From the NCBI GenBank assembly GCA_943788915.1, contig CALSSD010000013.1, forward strand, positions 1-64,000: a stretch of 64,000 nucleotides of DNA, in the 5' to 3' direction. The position numbers and the translations under genes are program-made. The notes under the pieces were generated by a model, which saw only the letters and a program-made list of their open reading frames with translations, had not been told where the DNA came from and did not search any database. The stretch comes from an uncultured Acidimicrobiales bacterium (GTDB lineage Bacteria; Actinomycetota; Acidimicrobiia; Acidimicrobiales; UBA10347). Of the stretch, positions 40,769 to 51,650 are shown in pieces; within the stretch, counting starts at the first letter, position 1, and each line of letters opens with the position of its first letter.

Positions 40769-41179
40769 TTAGTGCGCCATCATGATGCCGACGGCGAAGG
40801 CCAGCACCGCAGCGATGAAGCCGATGCCTCCGGTGATCCCTCGGACCGATGGTTTGTCTGTGCTCTGGTGCATGGCTGCGGCCAGGCCGGTTGTGACCAC
40901 GAGCAACATCTTGATGCCAAAGGCGGCGTTATAGCCAGTGGTCACGTCGGATAGATCTACGGCCATGATGTTCCAGATGCCGGTAACGACCGTGAGCGCA
41001 AATGCGGGCCACGAGACTCGTCCGAAGGCAGCAGCGACCTGTTTAGGTGCATCGCCGCCAAGCTTCCGAAGTGCTGGCAGAAGGCCGAGCATGACGATCT
41101 GGCCGCCAAGCCACACGGTCACACCAAGTAGATGCAAGATGGTGCGGATTTCGTCGGCGCCGAATTCGATTCCTGTCAT
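40769..41179 (-). CDS. CopD-like four-TM membrane protein
   Basis: LHLLGVTVWLGGQI, VVTGIWN, IKMLLV. Confidence 0.75.
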   Translation of the reverse strand: MTGIEFGADEIRTILHLLGVTVWLGGQIVMLGLLPALRKLGGDAPKQVAAAFGRVSWPAFALTVVTGIWNIMAVDLSDVTTGYNAAFGIKMLLVVTTGLAAAMHQSTDKPSVRGITGGIGFIAAVLAFAVGIMMAH

Positions 41180-41237
41180 GGCCCCAGTCAACCACGCAAG
41201 CAACGATTCCCACGACACCCACCGCCGGGCGAAAGGT

Positions 41238-42083
41238 TTAGGCGAAGACCACGGTGCGGTCGGTGACCAAGAAGACTTTCTCGTCGACGTGAGCCTTGAC
41301 CGCAGCCGACAACACGTCGCGTTCGATATCGCGGCCAACAATGACCATGTCCTCGGGAGCGTCGAGGTGGCTCACGGGCCGCACGTCTTGGGTGATGATG
41401 GGTCCCTCGTCAAGATCAGCCGTCACGTAGTGCGCGGTGGCCCCAATCAATTTCACGCCTCGGGCCCACGCCTGGTGATACGGCTTGGCCCCCTTAAAGC
41501 CGGGCAAAAATGAATGGTGAATGTTGATGATCCGGCCGCTCAACCGTTGGCAAAACTCATCCCCCAGGATCTGCATGTACCGGGCAAGTACCACCAGTTC
41601 CACATCGTGCGCATCGACCAGTTGGAGCAGTTCGGCTTCAGCCTGCGGCTTGCTAGCCGCCGTGACCGGAATGTGGTGATAGGGAATTCCCGATCGTTCG
41701 GCGATGGGAGCGAGATCGGGATGATTGGAAACAATGCCCACGATGTTGGCCCGCAGCTCGCCCGAATGATGGCGGTACAAAAGGTCGAGCAAGCAATGGT
41801 CGTACTTCGACACCATAATCAGCACGTTTGGAGCGTCGTCGACCCGTCGAAGCCACAACGACGCGTCAAGATGCTCGATGTGTACTACCAACGCGTCGCG
41901 TACCTCGTCGGCGCATGCAATCTCGATGTCGAACACCGTACGCATACAAAACGTGCCGGTTGCCACGTCGGTGAATTGCGCATTCTCAACGATGTTTGCG
42001 CCGAGCTCGTGCAGGCCAGTAGACACGGTTGCAACGATGCCGGGAGCGTCGGCACATCGCAGTGCCAAGACGTGGGTAGTCAT
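41238..42083 (-). CDS. purU: Formyltetrahydrofolate deformylase
   Basis: ACT domain, VSKYDHCL, LARYMQIL, INIHHSFLPGFKGAKPYHQA, LDEGPII.QD. Confidence 0.97.
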   Translation of the reverse strand: MTTHVLALRCADAPGIVATVSTGLHELGANIVENAQFTDVATGTFCMRTVFDIEIACADEVRDALVVHIEHLDASLWLRRVDDAPNVLIMVSKYDHCLLDLLYRHHSGELRANIVGIVSNHPDLAPIAERSGIPYHHIPVTAASKPQAEAELLQLVDAHDVELVVLARYMQILGDEFCQRLSGRIINIHHSFLPGFKGAKPYHQAWARGVKLIGATAHYVTADLDEGPIITQDVRPVSHLDAPEDMVIVGRDIERDVLSAAVKAHVDEKVFLVTDRTVVFA

Positions 42084-42356
42084 GGCGAAACTGTATCGCC
42101 GGCGTGCCCACGGGCGAGTTTGGTTGCAACCTTCGGTTAGGCCCCGGGCGAGCGGCGCCCATGAAGTAGGCACACCCCCTGTCGGTCACTGTCTTTCCGC
42201 CGCCTATCGAGGATCCCGTGCGTGCGTGATTCAGCTGGAGGAGCGGTTGAAACGTTTGAGCGCAAGGGCGCGAGCGCGAGCGCTGGCACACGTGAGCCAC
42301 ACTCGCGGGTCCCAAGCTTGGAATGCGTGTGGTCAGAGGAACTAGCGTCGAGGGCA

Positions 42357-43250
42357 ATGAAGATTCGAATCGGCTACGGCCTGGGAACTGGAAGCACCAC
42401 GACCGACCCTGTGCGCTTCGGCGAGTTGGTCGACAATCTGGAACGGCTGCGCTTCGACTCGTTGTGGCTCTCCGAGCGGGTGAACGGACCAGCCCTGGAC
42501 CCTGTGGTCGGCATGACGTTCGCGATCGCTCGCACCGATCGGCTCAAGGTGGGCGCCAGCGTGATGGTGCTGCCTGGTCGAAACCCAGTGTTGTTGGCCA
42601 AGTCCATGGCCAGCTTGGATCGGCTTTCCAACGGTCGGCTACTCCCCGCTTTCGGGCTGGGTATTGCAAACGGTGCCGAGCACCAGGCGTTCGGTGTCGA
42701 GCGCAAAGAACGCGCCGCATGGTTCAACGAAGCTATGCCGTTGCTTCGCCGACTCTGGAGCGAAGATTCCGTTACGCATCATGGTGAACGTTTCCATTTG
42801 GACAACGCCAGCGTGAATCCAAAACCCATCCAGGAACCGCTCGAGGTGTGGATGGGTGGTGCCGCGCCGCTGGAGCTACGACGCGTCGGCCGCTACAGCG
42901 ACGGTTGGCTCCCGAGCTTCAGTACGCCCGAAGACGTCAAGGACGGCATGGAAGTCGTCAACGGTCATGCCGCCGATGCCGGCCGCGAAATCGATCCCGA
43001 ACACTTTGGGGTGCTCGTCGGCTACACCAACGGCGAGATCCCGGACCGCCTGGTCGAGTTCGCCAAAAAGCGTAATCCCGACCGGGATGTTCGCGACGTC
43101 ATCGCCACCCGTGAGAACCTCGCGGAACGGCTCGAGGCCTACACCGAAGTCGGCGCTTCCAAATTTGTGATCGTGCCGCTCGAAGAACCCTCCGACTGGA
43201 AAGCCGAGCTCGAAGACATGGCCGAACGAGTCCTGCACCTAGAAAACTGA
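42357..43250 (+). CDS. LLM-class F420-dependent oxidoreductase (TIGR03854-like)
   Basis: MKIRIGYG, DSLWLSE, VLPGRNPVLLAK, GRLLPAFGLG, ELRRVGR..DGWL. Confidence 0.9.
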   Translation: MKIRIGYGLGTGSTTTDPVRFGELVDNLERLRFDSLWLSERVNGPALDPVVGMTFAIARTDRLKVGASVMVLPGRNPVLLAKSMASLDRLSNGRLLPAFGLGIANGAEHQAFGVERKERAAWFNEAMPLLRRLWSEDSVTHHGERFHLDNASVNPKPIQEPLEVWMGGAAPLELRRVGRYSDGWLPSFSTPEDVKDGMEVVNGHAADAGREIDPEHFGVLVGYTNGEIPDRLVEFAKKRNPDRDVRDVIATRENLAERLEAYTEVGASKFVIVPLEEPSDWKAELEDMAERVLHLEN

Positions 43251-43283
43251 AAAGTTACGTCCCCAGGGGAAGATAACTTTTCA
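43248..43283. terminator. Bidirectional terminator-like hairpin between convergent genes
   Basis: TGAAAAGTTA...TAACTTTTCA outer arms with inner TCCC/GGGA. Confidence 0.65.
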
Positions 43284-43284
43284 C

Positions 43285-43755
43285 TTACAACTTCGAGAGA
43301 ATTTCAGCGGTGTGGTCGTTGGTCTTTGGTCGTTTGAAGACGTGCTGGATCTTGCCGGCTTCGTCGATCAGGAATGTGGTGCGCTGCAGGCCCATGTAGG
43401 TCTTGCCGTAGTTCTGCTTCTCGCCCCACACGCCGTACTTGTCGATGACCTTGTGGTCAGGGTCAGCGATGAGCGGAAACGGGAGTTCGTGTTTCGTGGC
43501 GAACTTCTCATGGCTGGCATTGTCGTCAGGTGACACACCAATCACCGCGATACCCGCGGCGGTCAGGCCATCGATGTTGTCGCGAAGGTTGCAGGCTTGT
43601 TTCGTGCAGCCAGGCGTGGCGTCCTTCGGGTAGAAGTAGAGCACCACCTTGGTGCCCTTGTAGTCGGTGAGCTTGACCTTCTGACCCTCGAACGTGGTGG
43701 CCGTAAAGGCCGGGGCCTTCGCTCCTGCCTCGAGGGGCTCTGGTTTAGCGGCCAT
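43285..43755 (-). CDS. bcp: Thioredoxin-dependent thiol peroxidase BCP/PrxQ
   Basis: LYFYPKDATPGCTKQAC, GVSPD, RTTFLID. Confidence 0.95.
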   Translation of the reverse strand: MAAKPEPLEAGAKAPAFTATTFEGQKVKLTDYKGTKVVLYFYPKDATPGCTKQACNLRDNIDGLTAAGIAVIGVSPDDNASHEKFATKHELPFPLIADPDHKVIDKYGVWGEKQNYGKTYMGLQRTTFLIDEAGKIQHVFKRPKTNDHTAEILSKL

Positions 43756-43943
43756 AGTCGTGTTCCTAACTCAGGGACATCCCTGATGGCGTCGATGTGC
43801 TGGCCGTGCGATGGTAGGCCCCGTCCGATACGTCCGGCCAACTGACGCAAACCAAGAAGTGACACATTTGGCTACCAACTAGCCATCTCATTGCCTAGCG
43901 TCATAGGCACGCCACGATTACCAAGCCTGCGAGAGAAACCATA

Positions 43944-44690
43944 ATGAGTCAAGACACCATGACCGGTGCCGTCATCGCTTCTGCAACCAATGTCATGAAG
44001 ATCTACGGATCTGGCGAAACCGAGGTCCGTGCACTCGACGGACTGAACGCCGAGTTCCGCCGCGGACAGTTCTCCGCAGTAATGGGACCCTCGGGGTCAG
44101 GGAAATCCACCCTGATGCACGTCATGGCAGGCCTGGACCGGGCAACGAGTGGCGACGTGGTCGTTGGAGGTGTCGACCTATCCACGCTCAGCGAAAAGAA
44201 GCTGACACTTCTGCGGCGAGACCGCATCGGCTTCGTGTTTCAGGCATACAACCTGGTGCCCACCCTTTCGGCAGAAGAAAACATGGTGCTTCCTCTCGAC
44301 TTGGCGGGGCGTAAACCCGACCCTGAATGGTTCAACCAGGTTGTCACCGCGGTCGGCCTCGGGGACCGTCTGGATCACCGGCCCAACGAACTGTCCGGCG
44401 GCCAGCAACAACGTGTTGCGGTGGCTCGTGCCCTGGTTGGTCAGCCCGACATCATCTTCGCCGACGAACCGACCGGCAACCTGGACAGCAAGACCGGTCA
44501 CGAGATCCTTGACTTCCTGAGGACTGCGGTACGCGAGCTTGGCCAGACCGTCGTCATGGTGACCCACGATCCCCTCGGCGCCAGCTACACCGACCGCGCG
44601 ATCTTCTTGGAAGACGGCAAGATCACGTCGGAGATGGTCGACCCAAACGCCGACGACATCTACAATTACATGCGCTCGCTGGGCGCCTGA
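43944..44690 (+). CDS. ABC transporter ATP-binding protein (LolD/MacB-like)
   Basis: GPSGSGKST, LSGGQQQRVA, ADEPTGNLD. Confidence 0.95.
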   Translation: MSQDTMTGAVIASATNVMKIYGSGETEVRALDGLNAEFRRGQFSAVMGPSGSGKSTLMHVMAGLDRATSGDVVVGGVDLSTLSEKKLTLLRRDRIGFVFQAYNLVPTLSAEENMVLPLDLAGRKPDPEWFNQVVTAVGLGDRLDHRPNELSGGQQQRVAVARALVGQPDIIFADEPTGNLDSKTGHEILDFLRTAVRELGQTVVMVTHDPLGASYTDRAIFLEDGKITSEMVDPNADDIYNYMRSLGA

Positions 44691-44699
44691 GGACGAACG

Positions 44700-47258
44700 A
44701 TGATCTCCAAACTCGTCCGCCGCAATATTGCGGCTACCAAAGGACGGCTGTTCCTCATGCTGCTGTCCATCGTTCTCGGCGTGTCGTTCGTGAGCGGCTC
44801 CTTCCTGCTCGCCGACAGCCTGCGCGCCATTTTCAGCGACATCACCGCAACCGCCTTTTCGGGCATAGATGCCCAAGTGCGCGGTATCGAAGGTGACCTC
44901 TCGACGGGCGAAGAGGCCATTCGAATCTCTGAGGATATCTTCGACACGGTTGCCGCCCTGCCCGAGGTCGAATATGCCGAGGCCGGTCTCGCTGCGTTCT
45001 TCCAGGTCTACACCGTTGGCGCCGACGGCGAGGTAAACCGACCCCAGGGCCCACCAGTGTTCGCCAATTCGTGGGCTGGCCCCTCGGTCGCTTCTTCGTT
45101 CGCGTTGCGCGATGGACAGGCTCCCTCTGGGAATCAGGTAGCGATCGACGCTACCCAGGCAGAGACCGAGGGTCTCGCCGTGGGTGATCAGGTCCAGGTC
45201 TCAGGACCAGGGATCGATGAACTGCTCGACATGGAAGTGTCAGGCATCGTGAGCTTCGGCGACTCCGACGCACTTGCCGGTGCCTACTTCAACCTTTTTG
45301 ACCTCCCAACAATGCAGACACTCATGGGATCACCAGGTGAGATCGATGGTGTCATCGTGAATGGTCAGGATGACGTCAGTAATACTGAACTGCTGCGCGC
45401 TGTGCAAGCCGCACTCGGCGACGACGCAACGCTCGAAGTTGTCAGCGGCACAACCCTGATCGATGAGCAGAGCGGTGAATTCAACGAGTTCATCGACATC
45501 TTCGGAAACGTGCTACTTGGGTTTGCTTTGGTGGTGTTGTTCGTTTCGATTTTCATCATTTACAACACATTCGCGATCCTGATCAGCCAGCGCATCCGGC
45601 AGTTTGGGCTCCTTCGGTCCATTGGAGCGACAGGACAACAGCTCACCCGTATGGTCCTTATCGAAGCACTGATCATCGGCATCATCGCTTCGATCATCGG
45701 GCTCTTCGGCGGCATCGGTATCGCTACGTTGCTCAAATACTTGTTCTCGCAGGGTGGCGGTGAGTTCCCGGACGGACCGTTGCTTTTTAAGACCCGGACA
45801 ATCATCATCGTCTTCTTCCTCGGTATCGGCGTGACCGTTGGCTCAGCGCTACTGCCGTCGTTTGTTGCTCAGCGGATTCCTGCTCTTGCTGCACTTCGCG
45901 ATGGAGCAGCCGCCACCACCGAAGGATCGCGCCACCGTCGCGTTCTGTTCGGCGGAATTGTGTTTACGCTCGGTGTTGCCTTGACCCTGTTTGGGCTCTT
46001 CGGTTCACTCAGCACGGCTCCTCGACTGGCACTCCTCGGGTTCGGCGCAGCGCTCCTCTTCGTCGGTGTTGCAATGTTGAGCGTCCTGTTCGCCTCTGCG
46101 GCGACTCGGTTCTTGGGTGCTCCAGTCGAGATGGCTCGCGGGCTGAATGGGCGCCTCGCACGCGACAACGCCAGTCGAAACCCTCAACGCACGGCCGCCA
46201 CTGCATCAGCGCTCATGATCGGTCTTGCGCTCATCACGGGCGTACTGGTGCTTACCCAGTCGCTCCGGGCCAGCTTCGACAAAATCCTCGACGAAACGGT
46301 TGCTGCCGATCTGTTCATTTACGACGACAACCAGGGTTTCCCCTTCGATGGCGCAGCAGTCGCTCAACTCGCAGTCGCGCCAGGCATCGATCAGGTAGCC
46401 GCGATCACATCGCTTAAAGTCGACATCGACGGTCAGGTCGAAAATGCGACTGGTTTCGACGTTGCGTCGACCGATCAAGTTCTGGACGCACAGTTGATCG
46501 GTGGCACCTATGACACTGGTGAGAACGGGGTGCTGATCTACAGCGGCAAGGCCGACGAACTGAACTTGGCCATTGGCGCAAGCATCAACGTTCGATTCGA
46601 GGATGACTTTACTGACGACTTCACGATCGTCGGAGTCTTCGATGACAACACCCTGTTCGGATCCGCGTGGATCTTCGATCGGGCCACGACAAGCCAGCAC
46701 ACGAACCTGGACACGGTCGAGTTCGTCGGTGCAACCTTCGAAGCGGGCGCCGAACCAGCACTGGCGCAGATGGCAGCCGAAGACGCCGTCGCGAACTTCC
46801 CCCAGCTCATTGTTCAGGACAACTCTGAGTTCAAGGAGACACAGGAAGGTCAGATCAACTCTCTACTGATCGTCGTCTTCGCTCTGCTGGGCCTCTGCAT
46901 CGTGGTCGCCTTCATCGGCATCGTGAACACCATGGCCCTATCTATTCTCGAACGGACCCGCGAGATAGGACTGTTACGAGCGATTGGAACGTCACGCCGT
47001 CAGCTTCGTTCGATGGTGCGGTGGGAAGCCATCATCGTTGGGGTCTTTGGGGCGCTCCTTGGCGTGGTACTCGGCATCATCATTGGATACGCAGCGGTCT
47101 CGGCCATCCCAGACAGCTTCATCAGCGTGGTCTCCATTCCTTGGCGCTGGGCCGTGATCTTCACGATCGTGGGCGGCGTCTTGGGCATGTTCGCAGCAGT
47201 GTTGCCAGCTCGACGTGCCGCACGCATGAACGTCCTCGACGCAATCAGTACCGTATAG
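44700..47258 (+). CDS. FtsX-like ABC permease (two repeats)
   Basis: IYNTF...QR..GLLRSIGA, RNPQRTAATA, ERTREIGLLRAIG, PARRAAR. Confidence 0.93.
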   Translation: MISKLVRRNIAATKGRLFLMLLSIVLGVSFVSGSFLLADSLRAIFSDITATAFSGIDAQVRGIEGDLSTGEEAIRISEDIFDTVAALPEVEYAEAGLAAFFQVYTVGADGEVNRPQGPPVFANSWAGPSVASSFALRDGQAPSGNQVAIDATQAETEGLAVGDQVQVSGPGIDELLDMEVSGIVSFGDSDALAGAYFNLFDLPTMQTLMGSPGEIDGVIVNGQDDVSNTELLRAVQAALGDDATLEVVSGTTLIDEQSGEFNEFIDIFGNVLLGFALVVLFVSIFIIYNTFAILISQRIRQFGLLRSIGATGQQLTRMVLIEALIIGIIASIIGLFGGIGIATLLKYLFSQGGGEFPDGPLLFKTRTIIIVFFLGIGVTVGSALLPSFVAQRIPALAALRDGAAATTEGSRHRRVLFGGIVFTLGVALTLFGLFGSLSTAPRLALLGFGAALLFVGVAMLSVLFASAATRFLGAPVEMARGLNGRLARDNASRNPQRTAATASALMIGLALITGVLVLTQSLRASFDKILDETVAADLFIYDDNQGFPFDGAAVAQLAVAPGIDQVAAITSLKVDIDGQVENATGFDVASTDQVLDAQLIGGTYDTGENGVLIYSGKADELNLAIGASINVRFEDDFTDDFTIVGVFDDNTLFGSAWIFDRATTSQHTNLDTVEFVGATFEAGAEPALAQMAAEDAVANFPQLIVQDNSEFKETQEGQINSLLIVVFALLGLCIVVAFIGIVNTMALSILERTREIGLLRAIGTSRRQLRSMVRWEAIIVGVFGALLGVVLGIIIGYAAVSAIPDSFISVVSIPWRWAVIFTIVGGVLGMFAAVLPARRAARMNVLDAISTV

Positions 47259-47633
47259 AACCGCATTTCACCGCTCCGCTCGGGCGGGCGTTCGCGGACC
47301 ATGGTTGAAGCACCCCTCTACTCCGTCACCAGGAAACGGTCTATGCCCTATGGGGCCATGCGGGACCAGCGCTTTGTCTGTCGGCTTGCGTAGGCATCGA
47401 CGGTAACCCCACCTTGCGTTAGCTCGGGTTTCGTCTGGTTCTACTGCTGCCCCGACCACGCTCGTGAAACGTCGATCGAGGCGGCCGGTGCGGATGAAGA
47501 TGTCTTGCCGTGATCGATTCCGAACATGTCAATGGCGTGTCGACTCATTTCCGCACATCTGCGCAAGCGTGCAAAGCTGTGGCCGCCTGATTAGCGGTGC
47601 AGCTCATCGGCATTTGGAACTGGAGAACACCAC

Positions 47634-48191
47634 GTGACCGCCGAACTTCCTGACGTACGCCGAATCGTGACAGGGCACACTCCTGCAGGTGAGGCCACGA
47701 TCGCCAATGACGGTCCCCCTCCAGCGGAGGTTCGGAATCCAGCCCGACCTGGGTTTGTCCTTCGTAACCTCTGGCGTACCGACCAGGCCCCAGCACCTGT
47801 CGACGCGCCCGACAGCATCGCCGAACAGCAGGGCCTGTTGCCTCCGACTGGGGGAACTGTTCTGCGGGTGATCGACTTCCCCCCCGACCCGACCGATCCC
47901 GAAGTTCATCGACAGCAACTCGAAAAGACGTTTCGGGCCACCTACCCCGACGCCGATCACACCGGCTCTGACCGAGATCAGCCTCATCCCGGCATGCACA
48001 AGACCGAAACTGTCGACTATGCCATCGTCCTGCATGGGTCGATGATCGCCATCCTCGACGATTGTGAAACCGAGATGCAGGCCGGCGACATACTGATCCA
48101 GCGAGGGACGAACCACGCGTGGAGCAACCGCTCGGGCAGCCCAGCCCGAATAGCGTTCGTGCTCGTCGACGGCAGCACGATGGCCGGGTGA
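47634..48191 (+). CDS. Cupin domain protein
   Basis: RRIVTGH, MHKTETVDY, GDILIQRGTNHAWSN. Confidence 0.9.
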   Translation: MTAELPDVRRIVTGHTPAGEATIANDGPPPAEVRNPARPGFVLRNLWRTDQAPAPVDAPDSIAEQQGLLPPTGGTVLRVIDFPPDPTDPEVHRQQLEKTFRATYPDADHTGSDRDQPHPGMHKTETVDYAIVLHGSMIAILDDCETEMQAGDILIQRGTNHAWSNRSGSPARIAFVLVDGSTMAG

Positions 48192-48204
48192 TGAGCAGCG
48201 CGAC

Positions 48205-50506
48205 GTGATCGGTGAACGAGTCCTCCGCATCGAAGACCGACGGCTTCTGACCGGAGCGGGACGCTACACCGCCGACATTGGGATGCCTGATCAGGCGTAC
48301 GTCGCGTTCGTCCGGTCCCCGGAGGCCCATGCCGAAGTCACGTCGGTGGACGTGACCGAAGCTGCATCGGCCGACGGGGTGCTCGCCGTCCTCACCGGAC
48401 ACGACTACGAGTCTGATGGCCTCAGGACCCTGCTTACTCCCAGCAGCCTCCCCGATCATCTCGATCCAACCCAGCCGAGCCTCACCAGCGACGAACTTTT
48501 TCCGCCACCGCCAGCACTGCCAATCGTGGTCAACAGGGTGCGACATGTCGGTGAGATCGTGGCTCTGGTGGTGGCCGAGACTGCGGCGGCTGCGGTCGAC
48601 GCCGCAGAGTTGGTCGTCGTCGACTACGAGACGCTCCCCTCGGTGTCCAATGCCCGGTTGGCGCTGGCCGACGATGCCCCGCGGGTGTGGGAATCCGGCA
48701 ATCTGTGTGTTGAGGCAGAGCGCGGCGACACCGCCGTCGTGGCGAGCACGTTCGAGGAGGCGGCACACGTGGTTCGCCTATCGATCCACAACCAACGGGT
48801 ACACGGCTCGCCGATCGAACCACGCAGCGCACTTGCCACCTTCGACACAGATTCCGGACGCTATGAGCTGTATGCCCCGAGCCAAGGCGTACACCGATTT
48901 CAACACGCGCTGGCGAAAGCGCTCTGCGTGGAAACCACCGCCGTTCGGGTCGTGACCCCTGACGTCGGCGGAGCGTTCGGCCTTCGCATTCCTTGTTCGA
49001 ACGAGTACCCCCTTCTCCTCTGGGCCGCGCGCCGTTGCGGGCGACCGGTGAAGTGGGAAGGCACCCGAAGCGAGGGATTCCTGGCCGACGTCCACGGCCG
49101 CGACACCTACTGCGATGGCGCTCTCGCGCTCGGCGACGACGGACGGATCCTGGCCCTACAACTCGACTACATCGGGAACATCGGAGCCCATCCGCTTTCG
49201 TCAGCCGTGTTGTCGAACCTACTCCGCATGGCCGGTCCGCCCTATCACGTCCCGGCCATGCACGTGAGGGTGCGAGGTGCGTTTACCAACACGGCGCCGA
49301 CGTCGGTGTATCGGGGTGCTGGCCGACCGCAGGTCACCTACATCGTCGAGCGGCTCATGGACCTCGGGGCCACGGCCGTTGGTCTGGACCGGGTCGAGAT
49401 CCGACGTCGTAATCTCATCGGCCCTGCCGCATTGCCCTATCGCACCAGACTCGGGCTCACCTACGACAGCGGCGCCTTTGCCGACAACCTCCAGATGGCG
49501 CTTGAGCTCATCGACTGGGACAACTTCGAGACGCGCCGAAGTAACGCTGAACATCGCGGCAAGTTGGCAGGAATCGGTGTCGCCAACTACATCGAGTCGC
49601 CGGGTGCGGCTGCGTACGAGCGCACCGATGTGACGGTTCGGCCCGATGGAACCGTCCACGTGGTGATCGGCACCCAGGCGTCGGGGCAAGGCCACGAGAC
49701 CAGCTTCGCCCAGGTGGTAGCTGGCACCTTGGGTGTGGCCATGGAGACGATCACCATCGAGTTCGGCGATTCCGACCAGGCGGCAGGGGGCTCAGGCTCA
49801 CACGCCGATCGGTCGATGCGATTGGGAGGAACGATCCTGGTTCGTGCGTGCGAAGACTATTCTTGAACAAGGCCGTCTGCGGGTGGCCGAGTGGCTTGGC
49901 CACAACGCTGCCAAAATCACACATGCCAATGGCAAATTCGCCACCGCCGAGCGTTCGGTCAGCCTGTTCGAGGTCGCATCCGAGGCGCCTCTCGCCGCAA
50001 CAGCTGAAATCTCAACACGACTACATGCTCACCCCAATGGTGTCGCCGCCTGTGAGGTCGAGATAGACCCCGAGACCGGCGCGTTGGCGGTGACGCGCTA
50101 CGTAAGCGTCGACGACGTCGGACGAGCCATCAATCCAATGATCGTCGAGGGACAGCTGCATGGCGGGGCCGTGCAGGGCATCGGTGAAGCATTGCTTGAG
50201 GAGGTGATCTACCACCCCAACACCGGCCAGCTTCTCACCGGCTCGTTCCTCGACTACGGGCTTCCCAGCACGGCAGAGACACCGAACCTCGACAGCCGTG
50301 TCGAGGAGCACCTGGCCACGAGCAACCCACTCGGGGTGAAAGGCGCCGGCGAAGCCGGCATTACCCCGGCCGCGGCCGTGATTGTTAGCGCCGCGGTCGA
50401 TGCGTTGCGACCGTTCGGCGTCACGCACCTCGATACTCCCCTCTCTCCAGAGCGCATCTGGAGAGCGATCAGCGGGCGGCAGCGTTCGATATCACGGCAG
50501 ACCTGA
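48205..50506 (+). CDS. Xanthine dehydrogenase-family Mo-binding large subunit (CoxL form II-like), frameshifted (+1 near 49858)
   Basis: RIEDRRLLTGAGRY, VGGAFG, YRGAGRP, GQGHET, then INPMIVEGQLHGG..QG, KGAGE in the next frame. Confidence 0.9.
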
Positions 50507-50612
50507 CCAACAGCGACGAGACATGGAACGTGCTCCAGGTGCAACTGTCGTGAGGGCAGCGTGTCGACGGATACTGGTCAGCGGTGTTCGCCCCCTGCTG
50601 CGGCGACCCGGG

Positions 50613-51614
50613 TTAGAGAGCTTGGGCGATGGCGGTTACGGCTACGTCAACGTCCTGACGGGTAATGTCGATATGGGTGACCATGCGGCTTAACCCTCGA
50701 TGGGAACGCACACGGATGTCCTGCGCGACAAGCGTCTGCATGAACGCCTCGTCATCGCCGACTGGTAGCTGGGCGAACACCATGTTCGTGTCCTGGCTGT
50801 TGATCGTGACCCCAGGAATCTCTGCCAGACCGGCGGCAAGAGCAGCTGCATTCGTATGATCGTCGACAAGTCGTGCCCGGTTATTATCAACGGCGTATTG
50901 CCCTGCTGCGGCCACGATGCCGACCTGGCGAAGCGCGCCGCCAAGCATCTTGCGGTACTTGTGGGCCTCGTTGATCAGATCGGCCGTGCCAACCAGTACC
51001 GAGCCCATTGGGGCACCAAGTCCCTTCGACAGGCAGAGGGACACGCTGTCCATCGGACCAGCGAACAAGGCGATGTCATCGCCAGTCGCGGCGGCTGCGT
51101 TCCACAGCCGTGCACCGTCGAGGTGAACAGACAACCCCAGTGAGCGGGCGACCTCGGCGGCCTCGTTGATCTGCGCCACGGTCTGAACCTTGCCATCGTG
51201 GGTGTTTTCGAGGCACAGCAGTTTGGTGCGAGCAAAGTGATGATCGTCGGGTTTAACCACTTCGCGAACGTGGTCGAGATCCACTGAGCCGTCATCATGG
51301 ACTCTCACCGTCTGGGGCTGAATGCTCCCCAGCACCGCGGCTCCCCCGCCTTCGTACTTAAACGCGTGGGCGTTCTCGCCAGCGATGTACTCGTCGCCCC
51401 GGCCACAGTGGGCCAGGAGCGCACACAGATTGCTTTGTGTCCCACTGGTAACGAACAGCGCTGCCTCCTTGCCCAGCAGTTTGGCCACGTTCGCTTCGAG
51501 GGCTGCGACCGTTGGGTCGTCACCGAAGACATCGTCGCCCACGGAAGCGGCTGCTATCGCCGCACGCATGTCGTCGCTCGGAGTGGAAACGGTGTCAGAA
51601 CGTAGATCAATCAC
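50613..51614 (-). CDS. ltaE: Low-specificity L-threonine aldolase (start approximate)
   Basis: IDLRSDT, GDDVFGDDPT, SGTQSN, LENTH, HLDGARLWNA, CLSKGLGAPMGS. Confidence 0.95.
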   Translation of the reverse strand: MIDLRSDTVSTPSDDMRAAIAAASVGDDVFGDDPTVAALEANVAKLLGKEAALFVTSGTQSNLCALLAHCGRGDEYIAGENAHAFKYEGGGAAVLGSIQPQTVRVHDDGSVDLDHVREVVKPDDHHFARTKLLCLENTHDGKVQTVAQINEAAEVARSLGLSVHLDGARLWNAAAATGDDIALFAGPMDSVSLCLSKGLGAPMGSVLVGTADLINEAHKYRKMLGGALRQVGIVAAAGQYAVDNNRARLVDDHTNAAALAAGLAEIPGVTINSQDTNMVFAQLPVGDDEAFMQTLVAQDIRVRSHRGLSRMVTHIDITRQDVDVAVTAIAQAL

Positions 51615-51650
51615 CTGTGCAACAGTACTCGCAGCACTACCGTTAGCTAC

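Noticed and set aside
47545..48768. Long antisense ORFs (also 34918-36018, 37559-38560, 14768-15667, 58185-59018)
   Set aside because: They are shadows of well-supported genes on the opposite strand, common in GC-rich DNA.
49850..49870. TGA in the CoxL-like gene as Sec
   Set aside because: The protein continues in a different frame, so this is a frameshift and not read-through.
48205..50506. Aerobic CO dehydrogenase (form I coxL)
   Set aside because: It lacks the AYxCSFR motif and there are no coxMS or accessory genes.
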